A stretch of DNA of 64,000 nucleotides from Candidatus Dadabacteria bacterium. Lineage in GTDB: Bacteria; Desulfobacterota_D; UBA1144; Nemesobacterales; CSP1-2. The notes beneath the pieces are model-generated. The model made no database searches. It had not been told where the DNA came from and was given only the letters and a program-made list of their open reading frames with translations. The stretch lies in assembly GCA_963805855.1 (NCBI GenBank), contig CAWDVW010000005.1:128001-192000 (forward strand). The letters are read 5' to 3'. Positions 22,696 through 34,478 of this stretch are shown in pieces. Position numbers and translations under genes: made by a program. Positions within the stretch are counted from its first letter, which is position 1. Each line of letters starts with the position of its first letter.

Positions 22696-23816
22696 TGATG
22701 TTTGATAGAAGACTGCTCAAGAACTATGGCTGGGCACTCTTTATTTTAACCCTCACATTCTTAATTATCGGCCTTATAAATCTGTACAGTGCTTCATTTC
22801 AAACCGAATACTACGTCTTCAAAAAGCAATTAGTTTGGGTGAATTTAGGTTTAATCGGGATGATTTTAGTGTCTTTCTTGGATTTCAAAACCATCAAGCG
22901 GTATACCACGCATATCTATGCGATCACGACCATTTTTCTAATCATAACCCTATTATTTGGTAGAGAAGTCGCTGGATCAAAGAGCTGGATCTCACTGGGT
23001 CATATTATAAATATTCAACCGTCTGAGTTTGCAAAGCTAACGATCATAATCGCATTAGCCAAATTTTATGATAACGATTTTGACCCCGGACCATACGGAA
23101 TACGTGACCTCGTAAAACCGATACTTATCGTAGCAATACCGGTGGTCCTTGTAATGTTACAGCCTGACCTCGGTACTGCCTTCGTCATAATTTTGATATC
23201 GGGAAGCATTATATTTTTTATGGGTATTCGGGTTAAATCTCTACTCTTTCTGTTCATAGTTATTATTGGGCTTTCTTTCTCTAGCTGGCAATTCCTATTT
23301 AAGGATTATCAGAAAGAGAGAATCGTAACCTTTATCGACTCCTCGCAAGACCCACTGGGTTCTGGCTACAATGCAATACAGTCACAGATAGCAGTTGGCT
23401 CCGGAAAATTTCTCGGTAAAGGTTTCAAGTCCGGATCTCAAACGCAGCTACGATTTATTCCGGCGCAGAAAACCGATTTTGTTTTTTCAGTTCTTGCCGA
23501 AGAGTGGGGATTTGTCGGCGCAATTATTACACTCGTCATTTATTTTCTCATCATACTTTGGATCCTAGATACCGCAAGTGGTTCCAAAGACAAATTCACA
23601 ATGTTAATATGCTTTGGTATCGCTGCAATGTATTTTTGGCATATCGTGATAAATGTAGGTATGGTCATCGGAATATTACCCGTTACTGGCGTACCGATGT
23701 TGCTGTTAAGCTACGGTGGCTCTTCGACTATCTCTTCGCTACTGGGAATAGGAATCGTACTGGGAATAAGGATGAGAAGAACCCCTCTTGTGAAAGAGGC
23801 ACTCGATCTTGCTTAG
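22692..23816 (+). CDS. rodA: SEDS glycosyltransferase RodA
   Basis: QPSEFAK, QPDLGTA, TDFVF, SYGGSS. Confidence 0.95.
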   Translation: MMMFDRRLLKNYGWALFILTLTFLIIGLINLYSASFQTEYYVFKKQLVWVNLGLIGMILVSFLDFKTIKRYTTHIYAITTIFLIITLLFGREVAGSKSWISLGHIINIQPSEFAKLTIIIALAKFYDNDFDPGPYGIRDLVKPILIVAIPVVLVMLQPDLGTAFVIILISGSIIFFMGIRVKSLLFLFIVIIGLSFSSWQFLFKDYQKERIVTFIDSSQDPLGSGYNAIQSQIAVGSGKFLGKGFKSGSQTQLRFIPAQKTDFVFSVLAEEWGFVGAIITLVIYFLIILWILDTASGSKDKFTMLICFGIAAMYFWHIVINVGMVIGILPVTGVPMLLLSYGGSSTISSLLGIGIVLGIRMRRTPLVKEALDLA

Positions 23817-23831
23817 TTAGATATACTCCTT

Positions 23832-24797
23832 TCACTTATGTAGATCTCTCCAGCACGGTATGCCCCCGAGGCTTTTTGCCTTCTTTACAGCACTAATTAT
23901 TGCATCCGATATTAGTTCTGCTGCTATAATTCCACATGTATTGGCATCGCCCCGAGATTCGCCAAAAGAAATCGCAAACACCAGATCCCCGTCCGCGGAT
24001 GTATGTGAAGGAGAGATCACCCTTGTTATCCCTGTCTGGCCTATCGCAGAAATCCTAAATAATTCTTCCTTTGAAAATCCCACGTTTGTCACAACGACCG
24101 CTAGAGTTGTGCTCAGAAAGGGTTCTAATTCCTTTTTCACCTCACTCTTAACCAGATTTACGGTGCCGAGAAACTTCATCGCATCGTTTGGATCCCTCAC
24201 ACCCGCAATAATTCCACCGTCCTCAATCGATATTACATCTCCAAAGGCATTGACGGCAACCAAAACCCCCAGCACATCACCATTAGAGAACGTATGACTT
24301 GCTGACCCAACGCCACCCTTCGTAGCATTCTTTAAACCCAAAAGCTTCCCGATTGTCGCCCCGGTCCCCACGCCGACGCTGCCCTCTTCGACAGGATTTG
24401 AAGTGGCATTCAGGCATGCTTCGTATCCCATCTTCGCATCGGGTCTTATTTTCCCATTTCCTATGCCCAAATCAAACAAAACCGCAGTAGGAACCGCGGG
24501 AACAACCAAACCATAACCAGTTTGAAATCCTTGTCCGCCCTCCTCGAGGTATCTCATCACCCCCCCTGACGCATCAAGTCCGTATGCACTACCCCCTGTA
24601 AGGAGAACCCCCTGTACTTTCCCGAATGTGTTGTGTGGAAGCAGAGAATCTATCTGCCTAGTACTGGTCCCACCCCCTCGCAAGTCAACGGCACCATTGG
24701 CGGCTTAATCGAATAGAATGACTGTGCAGCCTGTTATTGCATCAAAATCAGAAGCATGCCCAACCCTCACACCAGGTACATCAGTTATAGAACCCAT
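23832..24797 (-). pseudogene. P1/DmpA-like peptidase (S58) interrupted by an in-frame TAA at codon 31
   Basis: MGSITDVPGVRVGH...TGCTVILFD*AANGAVDLRGGG reads in frame into the 283-aa ORF (GGSAYGL, VNAFGDV, DGDLVF); stop at 24705-24707. Confidence 0.85.
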
Positions 24798-25062
24798 CGT
24801 TACAGTTTAATTTAATACAATCCATTTCCAAATTCATAAACCTGACTATTACTATTTGTACAATCGTTCTGAAAGAACCGAGACAGATTCAGATCCGAAA
24901 TAATTTATAAAATCATTGTCCACTTTGCAGAGATCGATTTATCGGTGTGTACAGTAACGCAGAGGGAACTACAACGCAGTTAAATTAAGACACCTCCATA
25001 AGTTCGATGCTCCCTCAATCCTTGTTGATATCAACCCTGGTACAATTGTCTCCTAAAATCAC

Positions 25063-25090
25063 TTGACAGAATACCATATTCGGCTAAAAT
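25063..25090 (+). promoter_or_regulatory. Candidate sigma70 promoter of the oxidase operon
   Basis: TTGACA, 16-bp spacer, TAAAAT. Confidence 0.5.
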
Positions 25091-25250
25091 CATTTCCGTT
25101 CTTTCCAACATTCAGGGGTTAATTAGGATTAGTAACTCGCATTCTTAAGTACACCAATGTAAGAAATTTGATTGTAAACACTAAATAGAGAAATGATTTC
25201 AACTGCGTGGTTAGAGAAAATCATCAATTAATCAAATCAGAGTCTTCCTT

Positions 25251-26096
25251 TTGGAATTAATGCTTCTCAAAATGTTCAAGTCCTCATCCGCATCTATAGT
25301 TAAAACAAATATTTTGGCATTAATGATGGTAGCGGTTTCCGCGGTATGGTGTGGTGCCATAACCAACGAAGCAGACGTAAAGGATATCGGTGTCGACGAA
25401 AAACTTGGTGAGGCAATACCACTGGATTTAAAATTCTTTGACGAAGATGGCAATCAAATCATACTTGGAGATTTATTTAAAGACGGTAAGCCATTGATCC
25501 TATCGCTAGCTTATTTCAGTTGTCCGAGATTATGCAGTTTAACCTTGAAAGGAACGTTGGAATCCATAAATGCACTCTCAAGTCTCTATCTAGGAAAAGA
25601 TTTTAAAATCGCAACCCTAAGCTTCAACCCAATCGAAAAACCGGACATAGCCAGAAAAAAGGCAGTTAAGTACCGTGGTAAGTTAAAAAAAGAGCAATCC
25701 GCTGAAAAGAAATGGCTCTTTCTTACGGGTAATGAAGACAATATTTCTAAATTAACACAAGCGGTCGGTTTTAGATACAAAAAGGACGGAGAAGAGTTTG
25801 CACATCCCACGACTATGATCTTTATTACTCCGGAAGGGAGAATATCCCGTTATCTCTATGGAGTTGAATTCGAACCTAAAGAGATGAAGCTTTCTCTACT
25901 CGAAGCGTCGGACGGAAAGATCGGATCTTCAGAGGTACTGAATAAGGTTCTACTTTTTTGTTATGGGTTTGATCCCGTTGGAAAGAGATACGCCCTTCAG
26001 GCTTTAAAAATCGTTAAAGCCGGGGGGGTGATAACACTTATTTCGCTGGGAATGTTTTTAACGTACTACTGGAAAAGAGAAAAAAAACGGCCATAA
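25251..26096 (+). CDS. SCO family copper chaperone (start uncertain)
   Basis: CPRLC motif and conserved His (FAHP); heads the cox operon. Confidence 0.9.
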   Translation: MELMLLKMFKSSSASIVKTNILALMMVAVSAVWCGAITNEADVKDIGVDEKLGEAIPLDLKFFDEDGNQIILGDLFKDGKPLILSLAYFSCPRLCSLTLKGTLESINALSSLYLGKDFKIATLSFNPIEKPDIARKKAVKYRGKLKKEQSAEKKWLFLTGNEDNISKLTQAVGFRYKKDGEEFAHPTTMIFITPEGRISRYLYGVEFEPKEMKLSLLEASDGKIGSSEVLNKVLLFCYGFDPVGKRYALQALKIVKAGGVITLISLGMFLTYYWKREKKRP

Positions 26097-26123
26097 CAGG
26101 GATGGAGGTTAACAAAGCCTTAG

Positions 26124-27062
26124 ATGAGTTGGATACCTGAAGTAGCTTCAAATTTCGCAACTAAAGTTGACGGAGTGTTACTTTTTGTAACGATCCTTTC
26201 CGTGTTCTTCTTCCTCCTTGTCTCAATTCTCCTTGTATTCTTCGCAGTTAAATACAGAAGAAGAAGAGAGGATGAAGAAACGCCATACATTACCGGGAAT
26301 GAAACACTCGAGTTAATATGGACGGTAATACCGTCCATCCTGTTAATGGTGATATTCGTATATGCGTTTGTAGTCTTCAGGGATATGAGAAATCCACCAG
26401 CAGATGCGACAGAAATAAATGTCACAGCTAAGCAGTGGCTATGGCAGTTCGAATACTATGACGGCAAGAAAACACTGAATGAACTCTATCTTCAACAAAA
26501 CCGGCCGGTTAAGCTTGTTATGCAGTCGGAGGATGTTATTCACAGCTTTTTCGTCCCGGCCTTCCGCGTTAAACAGGATATACTTGGCGGGAGGTATACT
26601 CAGCTCTGGTTTACCCCCACCAAAGTCGGAACCTTTCAGCTATTCTGTGCGGAGTATTGCGGCACAGGCCACTCAAAAATGCTTGGAAAAGTGATTGTCC
26701 TGAGCCCTGAGGCGTATGATATATGGGAAAAGGGCGCGGGCACTACAGAGGAGATTGGAGTCGCTTCCCTTCCCGCTGCAGAAAGAGGGGAACAACTATA
26801 CAAACAAAGCGGTTGTAATGCCTGTCATAGCCTGGATGGAAGCAGCGGTGTTGGCCCATCATGGAAGAGCCTGGTCGGCCATAAAGTAGTAATGCAAAAT
26901 GGAGAAGAGGTAACAGCGGATGAAAATTATATACGTGAATCCATTTTGGAACCCCAGGCGAAAATCGTAAAGGGATTTCAGCCCGTAATGCCTTCATTTA
27001 AAGGGATACTGAGTGACGATGATATTTCAGCATTAATTGCATACATGAAGACTCTTGAATAA
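26124..27062 (+). CDS. coxB: Cytochrome c oxidase subunit II with fused cytochrome c (caa3 type)
   Basis: CuA ligands HSF...CAEYCGTGHSKM; C-terminal CNACH. Confidence 0.96.
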   Translation: MSWIPEVASNFATKVDGVLLFVTILSVFFFLLVSILLVFFAVKYRRRREDEETPYITGNETLELIWTVIPSILLMVIFVYAFVVFRDMRNPPADATEINVTAKQWLWQFEYYDGKKTLNELYLQQNRPVKLVMQSEDVIHSFFVPAFRVKQDILGGRYTQLWFTPTKVGTFQLFCAEYCGTGHSKMLGKVIVLSPEAYDIWEKGAGTTEEIGVASLPAAERGEQLYKQSGCNACHSLDGSSGVGPSWKSLVGHKVVMQNGEEVTADENYIRESILEPQAKIVKGFQPVMPSFKGILSDDDISALIAYMKTLE

Positions 27063-27094
27063 TTCTTATCGGTAAGTTATTGGGAGGTTTTTAA

Positions 27095-28711
27095 ATGGCA
27101 AATCATACAATTGCAGAGACACTACCGGTTCCGTTTTTACAACAGACGGGGATCTTGTCCTGGATCTTATCGACAGATCACAAGAGAATTGGGATAATGT
27201 ACCTTATTTCAATCTCCACATTCTTCGCAGTCGCCGGAATATTCGCACTTTTAATGAGATTTGAACTTCTGACTCCGGAAAAAAACATCCTGGATCCTCA
27301 CACATATAATGTGCTTTTTACTCTTCATGGTGCAATCATGGTCTTTCTCTTCATAGTGCCAGGACTTGCTGCAAGCTTCGGGAATTTCCTTATCCCCTTG
27401 ATGATTGGCGCTCCCGACGTAGCATTTCCGCGGCTTAACCTCGGTAGCTACTGGATCTATCTCCTTGGAGCCATAATTATTCTCTTTGCACTACTACAGC
27501 CCGCAGATACCGGCTGGACATTCTATACCCCTTACAGTATCAAAACGGGCACCGACGTCGTTATGATCACGTTGGGCGTTTTTGTGCTTGGATTTTCCTC
27601 AATTCTAACCGGACTTAACTTCATCGTTACGATCCACAAGTTAAGAGCCCCTGGTATGACCTGGCACCGCCTTCCACTTTTTATATGGGCTTCCTATGCG
27701 ACAGCGATTCTGCAGGTTCTTGCCACCCCGGTAGTCGGGATAACGCTTCTTTTACTCATCGCGGAAAGAACACTGGGTATTGGGTTTTTCGACCCTGCTA
27801 AGGGTGGCGATCCTGTTCTGTTTCAGAGCTTCTTCTGGTTCTATTCTCATCCTGCCGTCTACATAATGATCATACCTGCGATGGGTGTTATATCTGAGAT
27901 AATCCCGGTGTTCGCCAGAAAACCAATTTTTGGCTACAAAGCGATAGCATATTCGAGTCTGGCAATAGCCTTGATAAGCTTTCTTGTTTGGGCACATCAT
28001 ATGTTTGTCGCCGGTATATCAGAAGTAGCAGCAACGATTTTTTCATTCCTTACCTTTCTAGTTGCTATTCCAACCGCTATAAAGGTTTTCAACTGGACAG
28101 CAACCCTGTACAAGGGTTCCATACAGCTGCACTCAGCCATGCTTTACGCACTCTCTTTTATCTTTCTCTTCACAATCGGCGGTCTGACCGGCGTTTTCCT
28201 GGGAGCACTCGCTGTGGATGTTCATCTCCATGATACATACTTCGTAGTGGCTCATATGCACTATGTTATGGTCGGCGGAACTGTTATGGGGTTTTTTGGA
28301 GCACTGCACTTCTGGTTTCCCAAGATGTTTGGAAAGATGCTAAACGACAGTATTGGCAAGATTTCCTGGTTTTTCGTATTCGTTGGTTTTAATGTTACAT
28401 TCTTCCCTCAGTTCTTCATGGGGGTTGAAGGAATGCCAAGGAGATACGCTACATATCTGCCAAAATTCCAGCCACTGATGGAGCTCTCCACAATAGGATC
28501 ATGGATACTTGGCCTCGGTATTTTAATTATGCTTGTAAACATAATCAGGAGTCTAATGAATGGAGAGAAGGCACCTCAGAATCCATTTAATTCACTTTCC
28601 CTGGAATGGTCAGTGCCGTCACCGCCACCCCATGAGAACTTCGAAGAGATCCCGCATGTGACGGACTGGACCTACGGCTATGGCACTAAAAAAAATAAGG
28701 TGGAGGAGTAA
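27095..28711 (+). CDS. coxA: Cytochrome c oxidase subunit I (A2 type)
   Basis: [37 protein letters not shown]. Confidence 0.97.
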   Translation: MANHTIAETLPVPFLQQTGILSWILSTDHKRIGIMYLISISTFFAVAGIFALLMRFELLTPEKNILDPHTYNVLFTLHGAIMVFLFIVPGLAASFGNFLIPLMIGAPDVAFPRLNLGSYWIYLLGAIIILFALLQPADTGWTFYTPYSIKTGTDVVMITLGVFVLGFSSILTGLNFIVTIHKLRAPGMTWHRLPLFIWASYATAILQVLATPVVGITLLLLIAERTLGIGFFDPAKGGDPVLFQSFFWFYSHPAVYIMIIPAMGVISEIIPVFARKPIFGYKAIAYSSLAIALISFLVWAHHMFVAGISEVAATIFSFLTFLVAIPTAIKVFNWTATLYKGSIQLHSAMLYALSFIFLFTIGGLTGVFLGALAVDVHLHDTYFVVAHMHYVMVGGTVMGFFGALHFWFPKMFGKMLNDSIGKISWFFVFVGFNVTFFPQFFMGVEGMPRRYATYLPKFQPLMELSTIGSWILGLGILIMLVNIIRSLMNGEKAPQNPFNSLSLEWSVPSPPPHENFEEIPHVTDWTYGYGTKKNKVEE

Positions 28712-29317
28712 ATGGAAGATATAAGTATGGAGCACGGACATGCTCATCACATAGATCCAGCCGTCGGGTATGAATCTGCCAAGCTAGGCATGTGGCTATT
28801 TTTAGCAACTGAGCTTTTACTGTTTGGAGGTCTCTTTACAGCTTACACAATTTTTCGTGCTAAGTATCCGGCGATGTTCGAGGAGCAGCACCTTGAGCTC
28901 AATAAAACCCTCGGAGCCTTAAACACAGTAATACTGATCTTCAGTAGTCTGACGATGGCGATGGGAGTGACATGCATTCAGAGAGGAAATCGAAAACTTC
29001 TCACTATATTATTAGCGATAACAATATTATGCGGGCTCATATTCGGTTTTAATAAGTATCTTGAGTACAGTGCCAAGTTTCACCATCACATCTACCCGAG
29101 CACGAGCATTTTCTTTGCACTTTACTTCATGATGACAGGGTTACACATGTTGCATGTGCTCGCCGGTGTAATCACTCTCACCGTTTTACTTGTCCTAAAC
29201 GTCAGGGGGAAATTCTCCGAAACCTATAATTCCCCGGTAGAAATCGGAGGTCTTTACTGGCACCTTGTCGACCTCATCTGGATTTACCTTTTCCCACTTC
29301 TTTACTTAATAACATAA
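28712..29317 (+). CDS. coxC: Cytochrome c oxidase subunit III
   Basis: GMWLFLATE, TGLHMLHV, YWHLVDLIW. Confidence 0.95.
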   Translation: MEDISMEHGHAHHIDPAVGYESAKLGMWLFLATELLLFGGLFTAYTIFRAKYPAMFEEQHLELNKTLGALNTVILIFSSLTMAMGVTCIQRGNRKLLTILLAITILCGLIFGFNKYLEYSAKFHHHIYPSTSIFFALYFMMTGLHMLHVLAGVITLTVLLVLNVRGKFSETYNSPVEIGGLYWHLVDLIWIYLFPLLYLIT

Positions 29318-29335
29318 ACGGAGGAAATTTGATAC

Positions 29336-29638
29336 ATGAGTACTCATGCACATGCGGAAAAACATCTTACCAGCTATAAAACCTATGTTTTAGTATGGCT
29401 GGCATTAACTATTCTCACGGCGATTACTATTGCAGTCTCTTACGTAAATTTCGGTGTCTTAAACATCGTGATCGCCCTGGCAATTGCTTCTGTTAAGGCC
29501 GCACTGGTGGCACTTTTCTTCATGCACCTCAAACATGAGGACAAGGTAACCTGGATATTCGCCCTCTACCCTCTTGGCCTGCTGGCCCTCCTAATAGGTT
29601 TAAACATTAGTGATATATTCTATAGAGTCACACCCTAA
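29336..29638 (+). CDS. coxD: Cytochrome c oxidase subunit IV family protein
   Basis: Three TM helices, KAALVALFFMHLK. Confidence 0.9.
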   Translation: MSTHAHAEKHLTSYKTYVLVWLALTILTAITIAVSYVNFGVLNIVIALAIASVKAALVALFFMHLKHEDKVTWIFALYPLGLLALLIGLNISDIFYRVTP

Positions 29639-29643
29639 AATTA

Positions 29644-30501
29644 ATGCTAGCAAAGATGACAGTTGCGGTTATATTCCTCCTTTTAGTATGGGGGAATATA
29701 GTAGCAGGATTAAAAGCGGGACTTGCATGTCCCGACTGGCCTCTTTGTCACGGGCAGGTTGTTCCACCCTTCAGGTGGGATATATACATCGAATTTTTTC
29801 ATCGCTTAATCGGGGCTACCGCGAGTATCCTACTGATTGTGCTGTCTTACAAAAGGTTCCGAGAATACCCCGGTTTAGCAAAACTCATACCAATCCTGAC
29901 AGTTGCTCTGCTTATTTTCCAGATAACTCTTGGTGGTATAGTCGTATTGATGAAACTTCCCGTTGATCTCACAACCTTTCACTTTGCAACCGCACTAATA
30001 ATATTTACATTGACTCTTTATCTGGCGTCCTTTGACGGCAAAATTGATATGCCTTCATTTTCACTGGGTAACTTTGGTTGGCTGTTTTTTTCCCTAGCGC
30101 TATTGATCTTCGTACAGGCTGTATTAGGAGCCTACGTAAGACACACCGACGCGGGACTGGCCTGCCCTGATTTTCCAAAATGCCTGGGACACTGGATTCC
30201 CCCTGTTTTAAGGGGAATTGTCCTGACCCACTATATACACAGGTCGGTTGCTTATCTTATTTTCATTGTCATATTCTCGATCTTCATTTATTCCTTTATC
30301 GATCGGCAACTAAGACATTTCCGCTCAAAAATAATCTTGCTGATCATCCTGATTTTTCTCCAGATACTTGTGGGTGTCGGTGTTGTTCATTCCAAACTTT
30401 TCTTTGGGATTACGGCAATCCATATCTCATTAGCCCTTTTGATTCTCGGCACAGTGCTTTATACTTGGTTTAAAGACATGAAGGAAAGTCACGCATCATA
30501 A
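29644..30501 (+). CDS. ctaA: Heme A synthase (COX15/CtaA)
   Basis: CPDWPLC, EFFHR, CPDFPKC, HYIHR. Confidence 0.92.
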   Translation: MLAKMTVAVIFLLLVWGNIVAGLKAGLACPDWPLCHGQVVPPFRWDIYIEFFHRLIGATASILLIVLSYKRFREYPGLAKLIPILTVALLIFQITLGGIVVLMKLPVDLTTFHFATALIIFTLTLYLASFDGKIDMPSFSLGNFGWLFFSLALLIFVQAVLGAYVRHTDAGLACPDFPKCLGHWIPPVLRGIVLTHYIHRSVAYLIFIVIFSIFIYSFIDRQLRHFRSKIILLIILIFLQILVGVGVVHSKLFFGITAIHISLALLILGTVLYTWFKDMKESHAS

Positions 30502-30532
30502 TTGTGTTAGAGACTTATAGACTTTTATCATT

Positions 30533-31421
30533 ATGGAGAATATATTAAGACAACCGGCAAAGATCGCCACTTCAACTTTACTATTATTAAAACCAAGGAT
30601 TATCCTGAGTGTCGCCTTTACGGGATTTGCTGCGATGGTTCTTGCATTCCAGGGAACACCCCCTATTGATAAGACCTTCTATTGTATCTCCTCTTTGCTC
30701 CTTAGCGCCGGCGGCGCCGCAATTCTCAACAATGTCCTGGACAAGGAAGTGGATATTCTCATGTCAAGGTTGAATAAACGAGTTGAAGCGATGCAAATCG
30801 TTGGTGAAAAATTTGCCATTTTTATTGCAGTTTCCTTTATATTGATTTCACTCTTCATATCATTTTATTTGATAAATATAGTAAACGGGATACTCATCAT
30901 CGCCGCGATACTGAGCTACACATTACTTTACACACTTTATTTAAAGCGTAGTTCTCCCTACGGAACGATACTTGGCGGAATACCAGGGGCACTCCCGGTT
31001 CTAATTGGATTCTCTGCGATTAACCCGGGCCTTGGATTGAGCGGCCTGATCTTATTTTTATTCATGATCCTTTGGCAACCCCCCGCATTTCTGGGCCCTT
31101 GCACAAAAATATAAGGAGGATTACAGGAGTGCCGGAGTACCGGTCATGCCGGTCGTGCTGGGAACAAAATATACAAATATCCTCATGCTCATCTACGCCG
31201 TGTCACTCCTCCCACTTTCTCTATCTCTATGGTTTTTTGGATATAGCTCCGCATATTACGCAATCCTGGCTATTATATTCGGAATCTATTTTGAATACGT
31301 CTTCATAAAGTGTGCAGCGACAAACTCTGGTTATGGGAAGGCTTTCGGGGTATCAATACTATATATGCTGGTTATTATGCTCTCTCTTGTCTTCGATATC
31401 TTTCTTAGATCCGCATCGTAA
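30533..31421 (+). pseudogene. ctaB: Protoheme IX farnesyltransferase with a +1 frameshift in a C6 run (possibly a sequencing error)
   Basis: LKPRI, DILMSR, GGIPGALPVLIG; removing one C from 31079-31084 restores [10 protein letters not shown]...DY...GVPVMPV and one 295-aa frame. Confidence 0.9.
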
Positions 31422-31543
31422 TCAAACATCAATTTAATTCCTTCATGTATTTTTTAGCGTTCCTGCTAATACTTACACTTTGTTGACGGCAATTGATCTT
31501 AACCTTCTTACTAATTTCTTTGTCTTAATGCAAAGAGGCAATT

Positions 31544-31862
31544 CTTCGACTTTGCTCGGGACAGGGCTACCCCCTTGTTGTCATTCCCGCGGATTGTTAG
31601 CGGGAATCCAGAAAAACATATGGATGCCCGATTACGGTCCTCGGGCATGACAGAATATAGAGATTGCTTCAATTTGTTCGCAAATTTCGCAATGACGCGA
31701 CTTAAGCTTATTGTGTCGATGGCATTCCAAAAATTGCGTTAAGAAAATCAGGAACGAAGACGTCAGAATCTCCCTAACCCGTTCACACTGAGTTCATCGA
31801 AGTGTGCAATTACTCCACTTGGTGAGCTAAAATCATCCTTCGACCGGGCTCAGGATGTCCGG
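31544..31862. repeat. Cluster of REP/MITE-like palindromic elements
   Basis: TGTCATTCCCGC..GCGGGAATCCA..TGGATGCCCG..CGGGCATGACA (31579-31652); GAGATTGCTTC..TCGCAATGAC (31660-31696); inverted pair CCGTTCACACTGAG..TCGAAG / CCTTCGA..CTCAGGATGTCCGG (31779-31862). Confidence 0.75.
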
Positions 31863-31904
31863 ATTCGAGACTCTGCCATCAATTAGTGTGAAAATAAAAA
31901 ATCT

Positions 31905-33741
31905 TCAGGACTTTTGATCGAGAATCGTCAGTCCAGGGAGTAATTCCTTCATCCTTTCATATGGTTCTTTAAGCGTTTGGATAGCTTCCACCCAAAAGTC
32001 AGGCTTCTCCAAATCACAACCCAAACTAAGCCTTGCCACGTTCACTGCGTTATCAGATCCTGTGATACGGAGAAATTGCTGATATCTCGGAAGAAACTCT
32101 CTTCCTTCTTTCTTAAACATACGAATAGAGCCCACGACTTAACAGATAGCCAAACGTGTAGGGAAAGTTATAAAATGTCACTCCAGTAATGTAGAAGTGA
32201 AGTTTCGATGCCCAGAAATAGGGGTCCACCCCCCTTTTTCAAGTACTTCTCCAAATACGCACCTTTGAGTTTCACTCATCAAATCCTTAAGATCGCTCAC
32301 ACTAAGTTCGCCATTTTTGCGTTCCTCATAAAGTGATTTTTCAAATTCATAGCGCACCGGAATATCCATCAAGTATATCGCTCCGTGGTTTATTTCCATA
32401 TCCAGCATCAAAGCCTTGAGATCTGAACCTATAGAAGTGTCCTCAAGCAACGCATTGGTAAGGATCATCTCTCCAAATGTCGAGGCCGATTCGGCAAGGG
32501 TCATGGGATAGTTTCTTGCGTAGGGACGAAGGTCCCTCATTACGTGGCTGTGGAATGCGTGTCCGGCTTCGTGGGCCAGTGTCATGACATCTCCGATTGA
32601 ATCGTTGAAGGTCATGAAGATTCTTGATTCATTATTGAGTAAAGAGCCCGTGCAGAATCCTCCGGGTCGTTTGCCCGAGCGTGGTTCCCATTCGACCCAA
32701 TTACTGTCGAATACCATCTGGACAAAATCACCAAGTTTAGGATATGTTGTGGCGAATGAATCTTTTACTAGTGACTTCCCCCTTTCCCAGGAGATACTAT
32801 CCATATTCGGTATCTCTAGCGGAGCGCCGAGGTCATACCATGCTATCCCCTCGGTATTCATTGTCTTTGACTTGAGTCGGAGTATTTGTCTGGGGATTTC
32901 TAATTCTGAGAATATTGCCTCAATCATAGAATCGAGCGCCTTGCGAGTTATGCAGGATTGAAACAGCGCAACATCCAGGAAGTGGTCTATCCCTCGATAG
33001 CGATTGAGGGTAAGTCGTGTACCTGAAATGGCATTCAGGGCCGCAGCCATTACGTCTTCAACACCTCCCCAGGCATCGTTCCCCCTATAAAAAGCGGCTC
33101 TCCGGATTCGACGGTCCGGATTCTCCATAAGCGAACGCCTCTGGGAAATGGGAAGCCTCTTTATCATACCGTCCGGATATATCATCTCGAACTCTAACTT
33201 TCCGGTGACAGTATCATAGAGACGGCCCCAGGCGCCTATGCCATCTACTCCAAGATCGGTAGCAAGCCTCTCCTTATCGGGCGCCATCCTCATATGTGAT
33301 TCTTCGCGAAGGCGTTTTAGATAGTAAGAGCGTCCTGCAAGCTATCACTATCGATGAAAGAGTAAAATATCCCGTCTGGAGTGATCCTTTATCGATCTTA
33401 AAATCTCGATTTTAAGCTTTGAAAATTCGGCCCCCATGACCGCCAGGTCAGCTTCTTCCTTTAGATATGCTTCATTATTTGCATCACAGGCAGAAAGGCA
33501 GCCTATGTACGAGCTGAGATGAGAAAAACGTTTTACCAGGTTCTCGTTCATCAACAAAACCTCTTCCCACTCGGCCTTGTTTGAATCATCTAACGAAGAC
33601 AAAGATGCAGACTTTTTCCTTGAGCGATTCGATGTCTTTCTTCAGTCTATCCTTGAAATCCCTCATTTCAGGACCATTGAACTCAGGGAAGTAGCTGGAA
33701 AGATCCCAATTCATTTGAGTTGTCATATTTGCTTCAGCCAT
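31905..33741 (-). pseudogene. pepF: M3B oligoendopeptidase F with 5 single-base frameshifts
   Basis: NWDLSSYF, GKRPGGFC, LAHEAGH, LAESAS, FYNFPYTFGYL; shifts near 33615, 33383, 33329, 32232 and 32121 join into 611 aa. Confidence 0.88.
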
Positions 33742-33763
33742 AATCTCTTTCCTTTCCTTATTT

Positions 33764-33788
33764 GTAGGGGCGTTCAATTGAACGCCCC
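33764..33788 (+). repeat. GTAG-type REP palindrome
   Basis: GTAG overlapping the perfect 22-bp palindrome GGGGCGTTCAATTGAACGCCCC. Confidence 0.75.
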
Positions 33789-33945
33789 AAATAATCAATT
33801 GTAGATTATACCGTTAAACCCCAGATCTTCGAGAGGTGGGAAAGAAATCGGCATGGGTTTTAAGCGCCGCATCCAACCGCGAATAGACATGTAGTGGAAG
33901 GTTTAAATCTTTCAGTTTTCGATACTCAAAGCTTATTAAAGCCGA

Positions 33946-33974
33946 CCGTTCGCCCTGAGCTGAGTCGAAGGACG
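33946..33974 (+). repeat. Copy of the CCGTTC..CTGAG..TCGAAGG dispersed repeat
   Basis: CCGTTCGCCCTGAGCTGAGTCGAAGGACG resembles both arms at 31779-31862. Confidence 0.65.
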
Positions 33975-34076
33975 TTAGTAACATGAAGTCCGTTACTATA
34001 CTTTCATTATATGATCAACAAAAAGGGTGCTTCTCCCGCCTTTGGATCAGAGCGGCGCCCAGCTCGGAATACACAC

Positions 34077-34099
34077 GTAGCGGAGGACTTCAGTCCTCC
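34077..34099 (+). repeat. GTAG-type REP palindrome
   Basis: GTAGC-GGAGGACT-TC-AGTCCTCC. Confidence 0.7.
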
Positions 34100-34478
34100 A
34101 CTTATATTCTAACTAATAATAAGAATAGAAATGTCTATATCGTGAAGAGAAAAGCATCGACTGATGAGTTTAAAAAGTAGGCTAGGATAGAAGAACAAGT
34201 AAAGGTAATAAGTACATATACATATTTGAGATCGACTTTTCCCTAAGGATATAACTTGTATAAATAAAGTCTAGTGCTAGAAATATCCCTAAGGGTATTG
34301 TGTCCCCTTTATTTTTTATAATATCGGTATCCATCGCTGTACATTGACAATATCTTGATATTTCATTAACCCTCCTTTGGTTAATTCATTTTACCAATAG
34401 CGTGACCTAATTACTGAGCATCTACTTATGTCCCTATTTTTTATTTTCTCAAATTCTACTCAATACTCAATCTAGTAG

